Below are positions 56,863 to 64,000 of a DNA stretch of 64,000 bases, one piece after another. Every line of letters starts with the position of its first letter. Positions within the stretch are counted from its first letter, which is position 1. The stretch comes from a virus. Taxonomy: Duplodnaviria; Caudoviricetes. The position numbers and the translations under genes were made by a program. The stretch is taken from positions 59,504 through 123,503 of IMG/VR virus record IMGVR_UViG_3300023105_001451; one strand, 5' to 3'. The notes beneath the pieces were generated by a model. The model was not told where the DNA came from, ran no database searches, and saw nothing but the letters and a program-made list of their open reading frames with translations.

Positions 56863-57077
56863 TTTCTTTTGCGTCCTCTAAATGCTGGTGCATTACCTGT
56901 AAGACCTGGCAAGCTAAACCATAGCTTAAACCATTCGTCAGTACCGGGTTGGATATTCTTTTCGCGCTCGATGCGCTTTTTTTCTGTGCCTGTTACAGAT
57001 ACATTTTCGTTGTATGGCTTATAGCCTTGGAATTCGTTTATACCTGCTAGTTTTTTAATATAGTCAAGTTCATCCAC
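56859..57077 (-). CDS. Hypothetical protein
   Basis: GTG start: (M)DELDYIKKLAGINE...IQPGTDEWFKLWFS. Confidence 0.55.
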   Translation of the reverse strand: MDELDYIKKLAGINEFQGYKPYNENVSVTGTEKKRIEREKNIQPGTDEWFKLWFSLPGLTGNAPAFRGRKRK

Positions 57078-57885
57078 GGCTTTTCCTTCTCGGCTTGCCG
57101 TGTTTGTTATGTTGTGCCCAAGCAATAGCATAAGGTGCTCCAGGATCGTCAAACTTTTTCTTTAGTGCTTTAACTTGTTTTTCTCTACCCGGAGGTGCAT
57201 CTTCTTGTTTTTTTCTTTTCATTTTCTTTTCGTCGCTGCTGTGACCAAAAGTTTGATGTACTAAGTTGTCTAACTTACGGTGGAATTCGTCTTCTTCGTC
57301 TGGACTTGCATCTTCAGCTGCTACTGGCTCTTGTATTCCCATACCTTGACGAACTGCTGCATACATTTCGTCTGCAAGTTCTGGATTAGGAACACCTTGT
57401 TTAAATGAATCTAAATCACCAGCTGCTGCCGCTGCTCGCATTTTGCTTGCACTCATTCCTTCTGCACCGTCTGCATCTGGATCACGCTCGCCTGCGCTTA
57501 CTACTTGTATACTATTAAAGTTATAGTCTTTGCCATTATATTTGTTAATTAATTCTTCAAATGCTTGTACTCTATCTGAACCTGCTACATAGATTAAATT
57601 TTCATAACCTAGTTCATTAATTTTTTGCAGAGCTTGTATAACAGTTTTTACTTCAGGATGTCCGATAGTAATTCCTGGAAAAAAGAATTTTGCATAACGT
57701 AGTTTTTCTGTAAATGGTAAAGGATCTGTTTTTGGTTTCTGAGATTGGCTTAAAAATACATAAGGATCGCCGCCTTGACTTTTTACTGCATCAACTAATT
57801 TAGCATGTCCAATAGTAGGAGGGTTCATTCTTCCGAATGCCATTACCGCAGTTCGAGGTGATTCAAAAAGCTGGCGCAGTCTCAT
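57070..57885 (-). CDS. HxGH-type nucleotidyltransferase-like protein with C-terminal extra modules
   Basis: FGRMNPPTIGH, VAGSDR, SAGERDPD, MSASKMR. Confidence 0.8.
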   Translation of the reverse strand: MRLRQLFESPRTAVMAFGRMNPPTIGHAKLVDAVKSQGGDPYVFLSQSQKPKTDPLPFTEKLRYAKFFFPGITIGHPEVKTVIQALQKINELGYENLIYVAGSDRVQAFEELINKYNGKDYNFNSIQVVSAGERDPDADGAEGMSASKMRAAAAAGDLDSFKQGVPNPELADEMYAAVRQGMGIQEPVAAEDASPDEEDEFHRKLDNLVHQTFGHSSDEKKMKRKKQEDAPPGREKQVKALKKKFDDPGAPYAIAWAQHNKHGKPRRKSRG

Positions 57886-58217
57886 TTGTATTCGCCTTTT
57901 TTAATTTGTTCCATCTCTTCAGAAAATATCTTATCAATGATTTGTCCTCTATCATCGTTTGTAAATATTTCGTCTGGTATCTGTGCAATGTCATATTTTT
58001 TGCAGTATGCACCTAGTGCATTTTCTACCATACTGCCTAAGCATTTGTTTTTATCAAGTTCTTTCCCTTCGCGATGCATGTCAGCCATATGAGTAACAGC
58101 AGGAAAAAACGACTTACGATAAAACATAGGATCATTGCGCATAAAAACGCAAACGTCATCGACTACATCAAAATCGAATTTATTTTCAGGTTGTTGACTA
58201 AATTCATCTATTCGCAT
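57882..58217 (-). CDS. Hypothetical protein
   Basis: Start reassigned to MRIDEF at 58217. Confidence 0.6.
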   Translation of the reverse strand: MRIDEFSQQPENKFDFDVVDDVCVFMRNDPMFYRKSFFPAVTHMADMHREGKELDKNKCLGSMVENALGAYCKKYDIAQIPDEIFTNDDRGQIIDKIFSEEMEQIKKGEYK

Positions 58218-58218
58218 A

Positions 58219-58776
58219 CTACCACTTCCTACATGACCAATAGCGTGCCTTATGACGTGGACCTGGATTATCGCAGTTGTGTCTAGCACGGAAACTTTTA
58301 CGTCTTTTTGGATTAGACTTTTTAATTCTTGATTTCTTATCACCAAAGTTAACTTTAACTACATTGCCCTTTGGATTTTTTACATATACTTTAAACTTTT
58401 TAACATCGCCTTGCATAGGCTTGCCTAGTTTAACTTTGCGTCCTTGATATTCTGCCTCATCAACTTCGTCGTCTTCGTTGAACCACAGTACACCGTATTG
58501 CTCAAAAAACTCGTCATCGTCATCGTATGTTTCTTCAATAACATTATCGTCTTCACCTATAATAATATCAAAGTCGTCGTAACCTTCTTCAAACATATAG
58601 TTTGCAAGATGTTCTGCATATTCATTTGATTCATCTTCAGATAGCTCTTTAGGCAACGGAATCTGTAAAACAGTTACATCCTGTTCTGTTGTGTATGATT
58701 CATAAATGGGAAAAACTGATTCGTTTAATTTAGCGTTTTCCTGTTTTTCCATTACTATTCTTACAAAATGTTCCAT
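58219..58776 (-). CDS. Hypothetical protein with acidic N-half and basic C-terminal domain (DUF6321-like)
   Basis: EAEYQGRKV...VKVNFGD...RKSFRARHNC...ARYWSC. Confidence 0.6.
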   Translation of the reverse strand: MEHFVRIVMEKQENAKLNESVFPIYESYTTEQDVTVLQIPLPKELSEDESNEYAEHLANYMFEEGYDDFDIIIGEDDNVIEETYDDDDEFFEQYGVLWFNEDDEVDEAEYQGRKVKLGKPMQGDVKKFKVYVKNPKGNVVKVNFGDKKSRIKKSNPKRRKSFRARHNCDNPGPRHKARYWSCRKW

Positions 58777-58786
58777 TGTTCCTACC

Positions 58787-59149
58787 CTAGTGATTTAATT
58801 GTATGCTGTTTACTGTACCGTCTGTCCAGTCGCTTATGTACGCTCTAACCCAAACATAGTTACCTGTAAAGTTGTATATAAACGATCCGTTAGCATAGTC
58901 ACTGCTGTCGTCAGTACTTGTTAAATTTGTGCTCGAAAGTGTAAACCAATCAGCATCTCCAGGATCAACAGCTAGTGTCGCCTGGATATCTATAGTTCCT
59001 ATAAACCCTGTTACATTGTATTGAACAGTATGAAACCCGTCACTACGACCGTAGTAACCGTCCCCTTTGTACTTTTCTCCGGTTATAGTCTCGTTTGTAC
59101 TATCGCCCGGGTGTGATTGTGCTGATAATATTGTTTCACTGTTTGCCAT
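58787..59149 (-). CDS. Hypothetical beta-rich protein (likely virion-associated)
   Basis: TAAATA (59155-59160) exactly 5 nt before the ATG. Confidence 0.6.
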   Translation of the reverse strand: MANSETILSAQSHPGDSTNETITGEKYKGDGYYGRSDGFHTVQYNVTGFIGTIDIQATLAVDPGDADWFTLSSTNLTSTDDSSDYANGSFIYNFTGNYVWVRAYISDWTDGTVNSIQLNH

Positions 59150-59153
59150 ATAA

Positions 59154-59831
59154 CTATTTATCTATATCGGGCTTGACTATTAGTTTATCAATTCTTCTTA
59201 TGTTTGATGTTATAAGAGTGCATAAATTTAAAACTTTTTCATCTCTAGCATAAAAATACATTCCGTTTACATACCCACGGCATCTGAGCTCTTCTTTTAA
59301 AACTGGACCTAATTTTATTAATTTAGGATTTGATTCTGCCCATTTAAGAAACTCGGGTTCACCTTCTTTAGTACCAAATGTAACTCTATATTCGTAACCT
59401 ATATCGTTTTCAATTACAATAGTATTAGAAGTTAATAATTTTTTGTACGATTCGTCTGGCTGCCACAAACTACTAACTCTGTCAGGACTAACTTGTTTTA
59501 TAATATTTTTAAGCCATGATAAATCATTTGCATAGATGTTAATGTAATTTGTTTGTACACGTAGTTTATAATCGTCCATTTTTACAAATGCACTATATAG
59601 TTTAACAGCATCAAAAAACTCTGTTTCAGTTATAATTTGATGACGCAACCCTCTGTGTACGAATAATTGCTTAGCCTCTAAATCATATTGACTATGCAGC
59701 GAATCAAGAGTTGATCTTGCAAGCGGAAGATTTTTTTCTCTAAAAAACGCTGCTAAAGAATTTCTTATTTCTAATCGATAAAGATATTTGCCATAAAATA
59801 ATTTATAACTTTTTTCATGCCTGTGACTCAA
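59154..59831 (-). CDS. Hypothetical phage protein
   Basis: ORF in operon; start uncertain. Confidence 0.6.
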   Translation of the reverse strand: MSHRHEKSYKLFYGKYLYRLEIRNSLAAFFREKNLPLARSTLDSLHSQYDLEAKQLFVHRGLRHQIITETEFFDAVKLYSAFVKMDDYKLRVQTNYINIYANDLSWLKNIIKQVSPDRVSSLWQPDESYKKLLTSNTIVIENDIGYEYRVTFGTKEGEPEFLKWAESNPKLIKLGPVLKEELRCRGYVNGMYFYARDEKVLNLCTLITSNIRRIDKLIVKPDIDK

Positions 59832-62058
59832 CGATTTCCTCCACTTCGCAATCTAATATAAATTTATCTTCACGGAAGTCGATGTTTAGTTTTCCTCCAT
59901 CTTTTAGTTCTCCGAAAAGGAGTAATCTAGAAAGAGGTCGTTTAATTTCTTTATCAATCACACGTTGCAATGGACGAGCACCGTTTTTAGGGTCAAAGCC
60001 TTTATCAACTAGTGCATCGATTGCTTCGTCAGTAACTTTAATAGAAACATCTTTTGCAGCAACCATATCTTTAAGTTCAACAAGGAACTTGCCAACAATC
60101 TTAATCATTACTTCTTTACCTAGTTTAGCAAATGTAATTACACCGTCGAGTCTATTACGGAACTCTGGACTAAAGAACTTTTTAAGTTCTGTATCTGCAT
60201 ATGAATTTGATTCAAAATCTTCATCAAATCCTATAGTGTTTTTTTCTGCTGCTTGAGCACCTAAGTTAGTTGTAAGGATTAATATGCTATTACGTGCATC
60301 TGCTTCTTTACCTTGTGATCCTGTAATTTTACCATTATCCATAATCTGTAGTAAGATTTGAGAAACGTCAGGATGGGCTTTTTCAATTTCGTCAAGTAGT
60401 AGAACACAGTTAGGATGTTCCTGTAATTTTTCAATCAACAGTCCTGATGATTCTTCGTGTCCTACATAACCTGGAGGAGAACCAATTAGTTTTGCAACAC
60501 TATGTTTCTCCATATATTCACTCATATCAAAACGTACAAGTTCTACACCTAATTGACTTGCAAGTTGCTTTGCTGTTTCTGTTTTACCTGTGCCTGTTGG
60601 ACCCATAAATACAAAACTACCAATTGGTTTGTCATCGGGTTTAAGTCCTGCTTGACTAACAAGAATCTTATCTACAATACTTTCAATTGCTTCGTCTTGT
60701 CCGTAAACACTACCTTTAAGATTATGTTCAAGATTTGCAAGGTTATCTGTTTCTTTCTGACTAACTTGCTCAGGAGGTAACTTAACTACTTTTGCAAGTT
60801 CATATTCAATTTTCTCTGCTGTTACAATTTTATCTGTTTCTTGTGTAATTTTAAATCTTGAACATGCTAGATCAATTAAGTCGATTGCTTTGTCAGGAAG
60901 TTTTTTATCACTTTGATATTTTACACTTAATTTTACAGCTTTGTCAATTGCATCTTCGGTAATTATTGTACCATGATAATCTTCATAGTAGCGTTTAATA
61001 CCTTGTAAAATATCTTTAGTCACTTCCGGAGACGGCTCGTCAACAGTTACACGTTGGAATCGACGCATAAGAGCACGATCCTTTTCAAAGTACTTACGAT
61101 ATTCTTCCCAAGTAGTTGAAGCAACAACTTTAATATTGCCTTTACTTAGTGCAGGTTTTAGCATATTTGCTAAATCATTAGAGTTGTTTGATCCGCCTGC
61201 TCCAGCACCATTAATCATATGTGCTTCGTCAATAAACATAATTGTCTTACCTTTTTTCTGTAAGCCAGAAAGCACAAGTTTTAGTCTTTCTTCAAAATCT
61301 CCTCTGTACTTTGAACCAGCGAGCATAGCGCCAATGTCTAACATGTAAACTTCGTAATCTTTAAGAAACTCAGGAACGTTGTCATTTACAATATTAAACG
61401 CCATTCCTTCTGCAATAGCAGTCTTACCTACACCCGGATCACCTACAAGTATTACATTATTTTTATTTCTACGACCTAATGAAAGTGCAATGCTTTCAAG
61501 TTCTTCAGAACGTCCAATAATTGGATCAATTTTATTTTTCTTAGCTTCGTTGTTAAGATTGGTTGTGAAAGAACGAAGTGCTCTCTGTGCTTGACCTGAT
61601 AGCTCTGTATCTTCTGCAGCTTCCTCTACTTCGGCACTAATATAATCAGAAAATGGTTCTTTAGAAATTCCTGCTTTTTCACAGTAGTATGTAGCATAAC
61701 TTTTCTTTTCACTAAGCACACTCAACAAAATATCACTAAGATCAATCTCTGAACGTCCAGCAAACAAAGTTTGTGTAAATGCTCGATTTAATACTCGTTC
61801 AACTGCTTGAGTTTTTTTAGGTTTATATTTTGTGTCTGCTATTTTAATTTCTTCAAGATTATTTTTTAGATAATGTTCTAAATTAGATTTCAAAAAATCA
61901 ACGTCTGCTCCAAACCCTTTTAATAAATTAAAAAAGTTAGTAGAACACATCATTGCAAAGAGCAAATGTTCTATAGTTACATATTCGTGTTGTAGTTTTT
62001 TAGCGTCTTTAATTGCTTTATCGAAAACTAATTGTAACTCTTTGCTTGGTTCAACCAT
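59815..62058 (-). CDS. clpA: ATP-dependent Clp protease ATP-binding subunit
   Basis: Clp-N domain (EHLL), two AAA modules (GDPGVGKT, GPTGTGKT), GSPPGYVG, IGF loop, no ClpB middle domain. Confidence 0.92.
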   Translation of the reverse strand: MVEPSKELQLVFDKAIKDAKKLQHEYVTIEHLLFAMMCSTNFFNLLKGFGADVDFLKSNLEHYLKNNLEEIKIADTKYKPKKTQAVERVLNRAFTQTLFAGRSEIDLSDILLSVLSEKKSYATYYCEKAGISKEPFSDYISAEVEEAAEDTELSGQAQRALRSFTTNLNNEAKKNKIDPIIGRSEELESIALSLGRRNKNNVILVGDPGVGKTAIAEGMAFNIVNDNVPEFLKDYEVYMLDIGAMLAGSKYRGDFEERLKLVLSGLQKKGKTIMFIDEAHMINGAGAGGSNNSNDLANMLKPALSKGNIKVVASTTWEEYRKYFEKDRALMRRFQRVTVDEPSPEVTKDILQGIKRYYEDYHGTIITEDAIDKAVKLSVKYQSDKKLPDKAIDLIDLACSRFKITQETDKIVTAEKIEYELAKVVKLPPEQVSQKETDNLANLEHNLKGSVYGQDEAIESIVDKILVSQAGLKPDDKPIGSFVFMGPTGTGKTETAKQLASQLGVELVRFDMSEYMEKHSVAKLIGSPPGYVGHEESSGLLIEKLQEHPNCVLLLDEIEKAHPDVSQILLQIMDNGKITGSQGKEADARNSILILTTNLGAQAAEKNTIGFDEDFESNSYADTELKKFFSPEFRNRLDGVITFAKLGKEVMIKIVGKFLVELKDMVAAKDVSIKVTDEAIDALVDKGFDPKNGARPLQRVIDKEIKRPLSRLLLFGELKDGGKLNIDFREDKFILDCEVEEIVESQA

Positions 62059-62560
62059 TCTGCTTTTTCCTCATTTTATTTTGTTTTTTCTTTGCACGGT
62101 CAAGTTTAAGTTTACTAACTCTGTCAGTAAATTCAATTCCGTACAAGTGATCATATTCGTGTAAGAAACATCTAGCGTCGATGTCATTAAGTTCTATTAT
62201 ACACTCATTTTTGTCAGTGTCAAGAAATTTTGCGATTATAGTTCTTGGGCGTTTCACTGTTAAATATAAATCAGGATGACTTAAACATCCTTCCGGCATT
62301 ATTTCTTGCTCTTCAGAAATTCTTAAAATTTCTGGATTAATTACAGCAAAAGGTGTTTTTACTTCTGCTAGATAAGGCTTCATAACAAAAATTTGAGCAT
62401 CGAGTGCAACTTGATTTGCACTAAGTCCAATACCGCCTTCTTTTATCATCAATTCGATCATTTGCTTTTCAACTTCTTTTGCATTTAAGAAATTAAAACT
62501 AAAAGGAGACACTTGCTTTTCTAACCAAGGACTAGGAGATTTTACTAATTTAAGATCCAT
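62051..62560 (-). CDS. def: Peptide deformylase
   Basis: GIGLSANQ, EGCLS, HEYDHL.G. Confidence 0.95.
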   Translation of the reverse strand: MDLKLVKSPSPWLEKQVSPFSFNFLNAKEVEKQMIELMIKEGGIGLSANQVALDAQIFVMKPYLAEVKTPFAVINPEILRISEEQEIMPEGCLSHPDLYLTVKRPRTIIAKFLDTDKNECIIELNDIDARCFLHEYDHLYGIEFTDRVSKLKLDRAKKKQNKMRKKQNG

Positions 62561-63341
62561 TTAAAATTCCTCTTATTTGTTCAATTTGTGTATTGTTTAA
62601 ATTCCTTGGTATTTCAGCTTCAATTTTAATATACATATTTCCTCGTTGTCTACTTTGTAAATTAGGAAATCCGTATCCTGGCATACTAAATGTTGTTCCA
62701 TTTTTTGTATTTGGAGGTATATTTAAATTTATTTGTTTACCATCTAGTGTGAGTATATGGATTTTTGTTCCTACGATCATTTCTAAGCAATTTACTTTCT
62801 TAGTAGTATACACGTTATCTAACTGTCTGTCAAACTCTTTATCGCCTTTTACTGAAATTGTTACAAATAAATCTCCTCGCCTTCCAGGAATACTATTGTC
62901 GCCTAAACCACTAAATCTAATTTGATCTCCATGATTTGCTCCTGGCGGTATATCTAAATCTACAGTTTGTTCTTGTCCATTTCTTAATCTATATGTTACT
63001 AGTACCTTTTTTCCAGTAAACACTTCTCTTAAATTTAATTCTACTTTAATATTAATATTAGGGTTTCTAGGTTGTTGTTGTCTAAAGTTTGCAAAAAAAT
63101 CATCGAATGGATTTTTACCGTTAAAGCTACTGCTGTTAAAATTAAACTGCGGTTGCGGATTATCGTACTCTGCACGTTTTTGCGGATCTTTTAGCGTTTG
63201 ATACGCTTCGTTAATTTGTTTGAACTTTTCTTCATTGCCGCCACGATCAGGATGGTGTTGCATACTTTGTTTTTTGTATGCTTTACGAATAGTAGATTCG
63301 TCGGCGTTTTTAGGTACACCTAGTATAGAGTAATAGTCCAT
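62550..63341 (-). CDS. dnaJ: Type II DnaJ/CbpA-like co-chaperone
   Basis: DYYSILG, HPD, C-terminal domain, no zinc finger. Confidence 0.9.
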   Translation of the reverse strand: MDYYSILGVPKNADESTIRKAYKKQSMQHHPDRGGNEEKFKQINEAYQTLKDPQKRAEYDNPQPQFNFNSSSFNGKNPFDDFFANFRQQQPRNPNINIKVELNLREVFTGKKVLVTYRLRNGQEQTVDLDIPPGANHGDQIRFSGLGDNSIPGRRGDLFVTISVKGDKEFDRQLDNVYTTKKVNCLEMIVGTKIHILTLDGKQINLNIPPNTKNGTTFSMPGYGFPNLQSRQRGNMYIKIEAEIPRNLNNTQIEQIRGILNGS

Positions 63342-63368
63342 GTTAGTATTTACCGCATGGACTATTAC
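63330..63368 (-). promoter_or_regulatory. 13-bp hairpin covering the dnaJ start codon, with late promoter TAAATA in the loop
   Basis: gtaatagtccatg (63330-63342) / catggactattac (63356-63368); TAAATA at 63347-63352, 5 nt before ATG 63341. Confidence 0.8.
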
Positions 63369-63384
63369 ATAAAGTTAGTAGTGA

Positions 63385-63729
63385 TTACTTCTTAGAATCA
63401 GCGTATGCATTACCACCAATGAACGCCATTACAATCGCTGCTACTGAAACAAAGTATGTAGCTGCCATATCACCTAAGATTTTACCTGCTGTATCTAATC
63501 CAATTAAACTTGCAAGCACAACAGCAAATGGATATAGTAGCATACCAAATAGTGCAAACCAAGCCATGTTACGCATTGCATCTCTACGTGCGTCAGCGTC
63601 TTCAAAAGCCTTACGCTTAAACTCTAGTTCCATTGCTGCTTCTTCGGCACTAATATGTCCGTCACCATTAGTGTCCATTTTAGCTGCTACATCTGGATCA
63701 ACTGTTACTGTTTTCTTTTCTTCTGCCAT
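63385..63729 (-). CDS. Two-TM membrane protein with N-terminal EF-hand (holin-like topology)
   Basis: DTNGDGHISAEE, two hydrophobic helices; GAGGGG RBS before ATG 63729. Confidence 0.6.
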   Translation of the reverse strand: MAEEKKTVTVDPDVAAKMDTNGDGHISAEEAAMELEFKRKAFEDADARRDAMRNMAWFALFGMLLYPFAVVLASLIGLDTAGKILGDMAATYFVSVAAIVMAFIGGNAYADSKK

Positions 63730-63744
63730 TTTATTTCCCCTCAA

Positions 63745-64000
63745 TTACCAGAATTTTAATTTCTTTGCCGCGCCTGAAATAGCATCACCTGCGGCAGATG
63801 CTCCGTCACTAATAGCATTACCTATTTGATTAACACTTTCACCCATTGCATCCCAAGTGGATTTGCTGCTCACTTCCTTTAGCATGTTGTCTCCTACACA
63901 TTCCCATTCAGCAGGATCATATACTTGACCGCCACATTTATACTGTTTGCTTTCATCAGCAAATGCAGTAGTAGATGCTATAAGCATCATTGCGATTAAC
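63745..64000 (-). CDS. Small secreted protein, 5' end probably outside the window
   Basis: Signal-peptide-like ..STTAFA-DE, two Cys. Confidence 0.5.
   Translation of the reverse strand, partial: LIAMMLIASTTAFADESKQYKCGGQVYDPAEWECVGDNMLKEVSSKSTWDAMGESVNQIGNAISDGASAAGDAISGAAKKLKFW

Noticed and set aside
3037-63829. Numerous short antisense or alternate-frame ORFs in the track (e.g. 7318-7701, 14383-14814, 22836-23210, 48834-49208, 59882-60256, 63419-63829)
   Set aside because: Nested in or largely overlapping well-supported genes, with no RBS or motifs; typical shadow ORFs.

Overview
AT-rich segment of a large T4-related (jumbo-type) dsDNA tailed phage, probably aquatic; the host cannot be determined from sequence. 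(1) 1-21.8 kb is a dense tailoring-enzyme island: about 10 Fe(II)/2OG or cupin oxygenases, 6 radical SAM enzymes (one B12-binding), 2 kinase-like proteins, 2 SDRs, SGNH, GNAT-like, glycosyltransferase-like, UDP-glucose dehydrogenase, epimerase and a QueC-like PP-loop ATPase. It ends against a tail-fibre-like gene. Its operons start at T4-type late promoters (TAARTA), usually exactly 5 nt before the ATG (leaderless), and it contains a late-promoter-driven aberrant tRNA-Asn-like RNA. (2) 23-51 kb is a minus-strand replication and DNA-metabolism region with seven near-consensus sigma70 promoters. It holds a MoxR/vWA pair, RNase H, a clamp-like protein, PolB and a 7-deazaguanine set (folE, queE, a DpdL-type QueD paralogue, a TGT-family protein), interleaved with a glycosyltransferase, PRTase, MBD4-like glycosylase, a TGA-interrupted HIT gene and an NDP-sugar module. 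(3) 51-64 kb holds putative head-packaged modular proteins, a peptidoglycan-binding protein with tandem repeats, clpA, def and dnaJ; the dnaJ start codon lies in a 13-bp hairpin whose loop carries the late promoter. All calls come from motif recognition by eye; no database searches were run.
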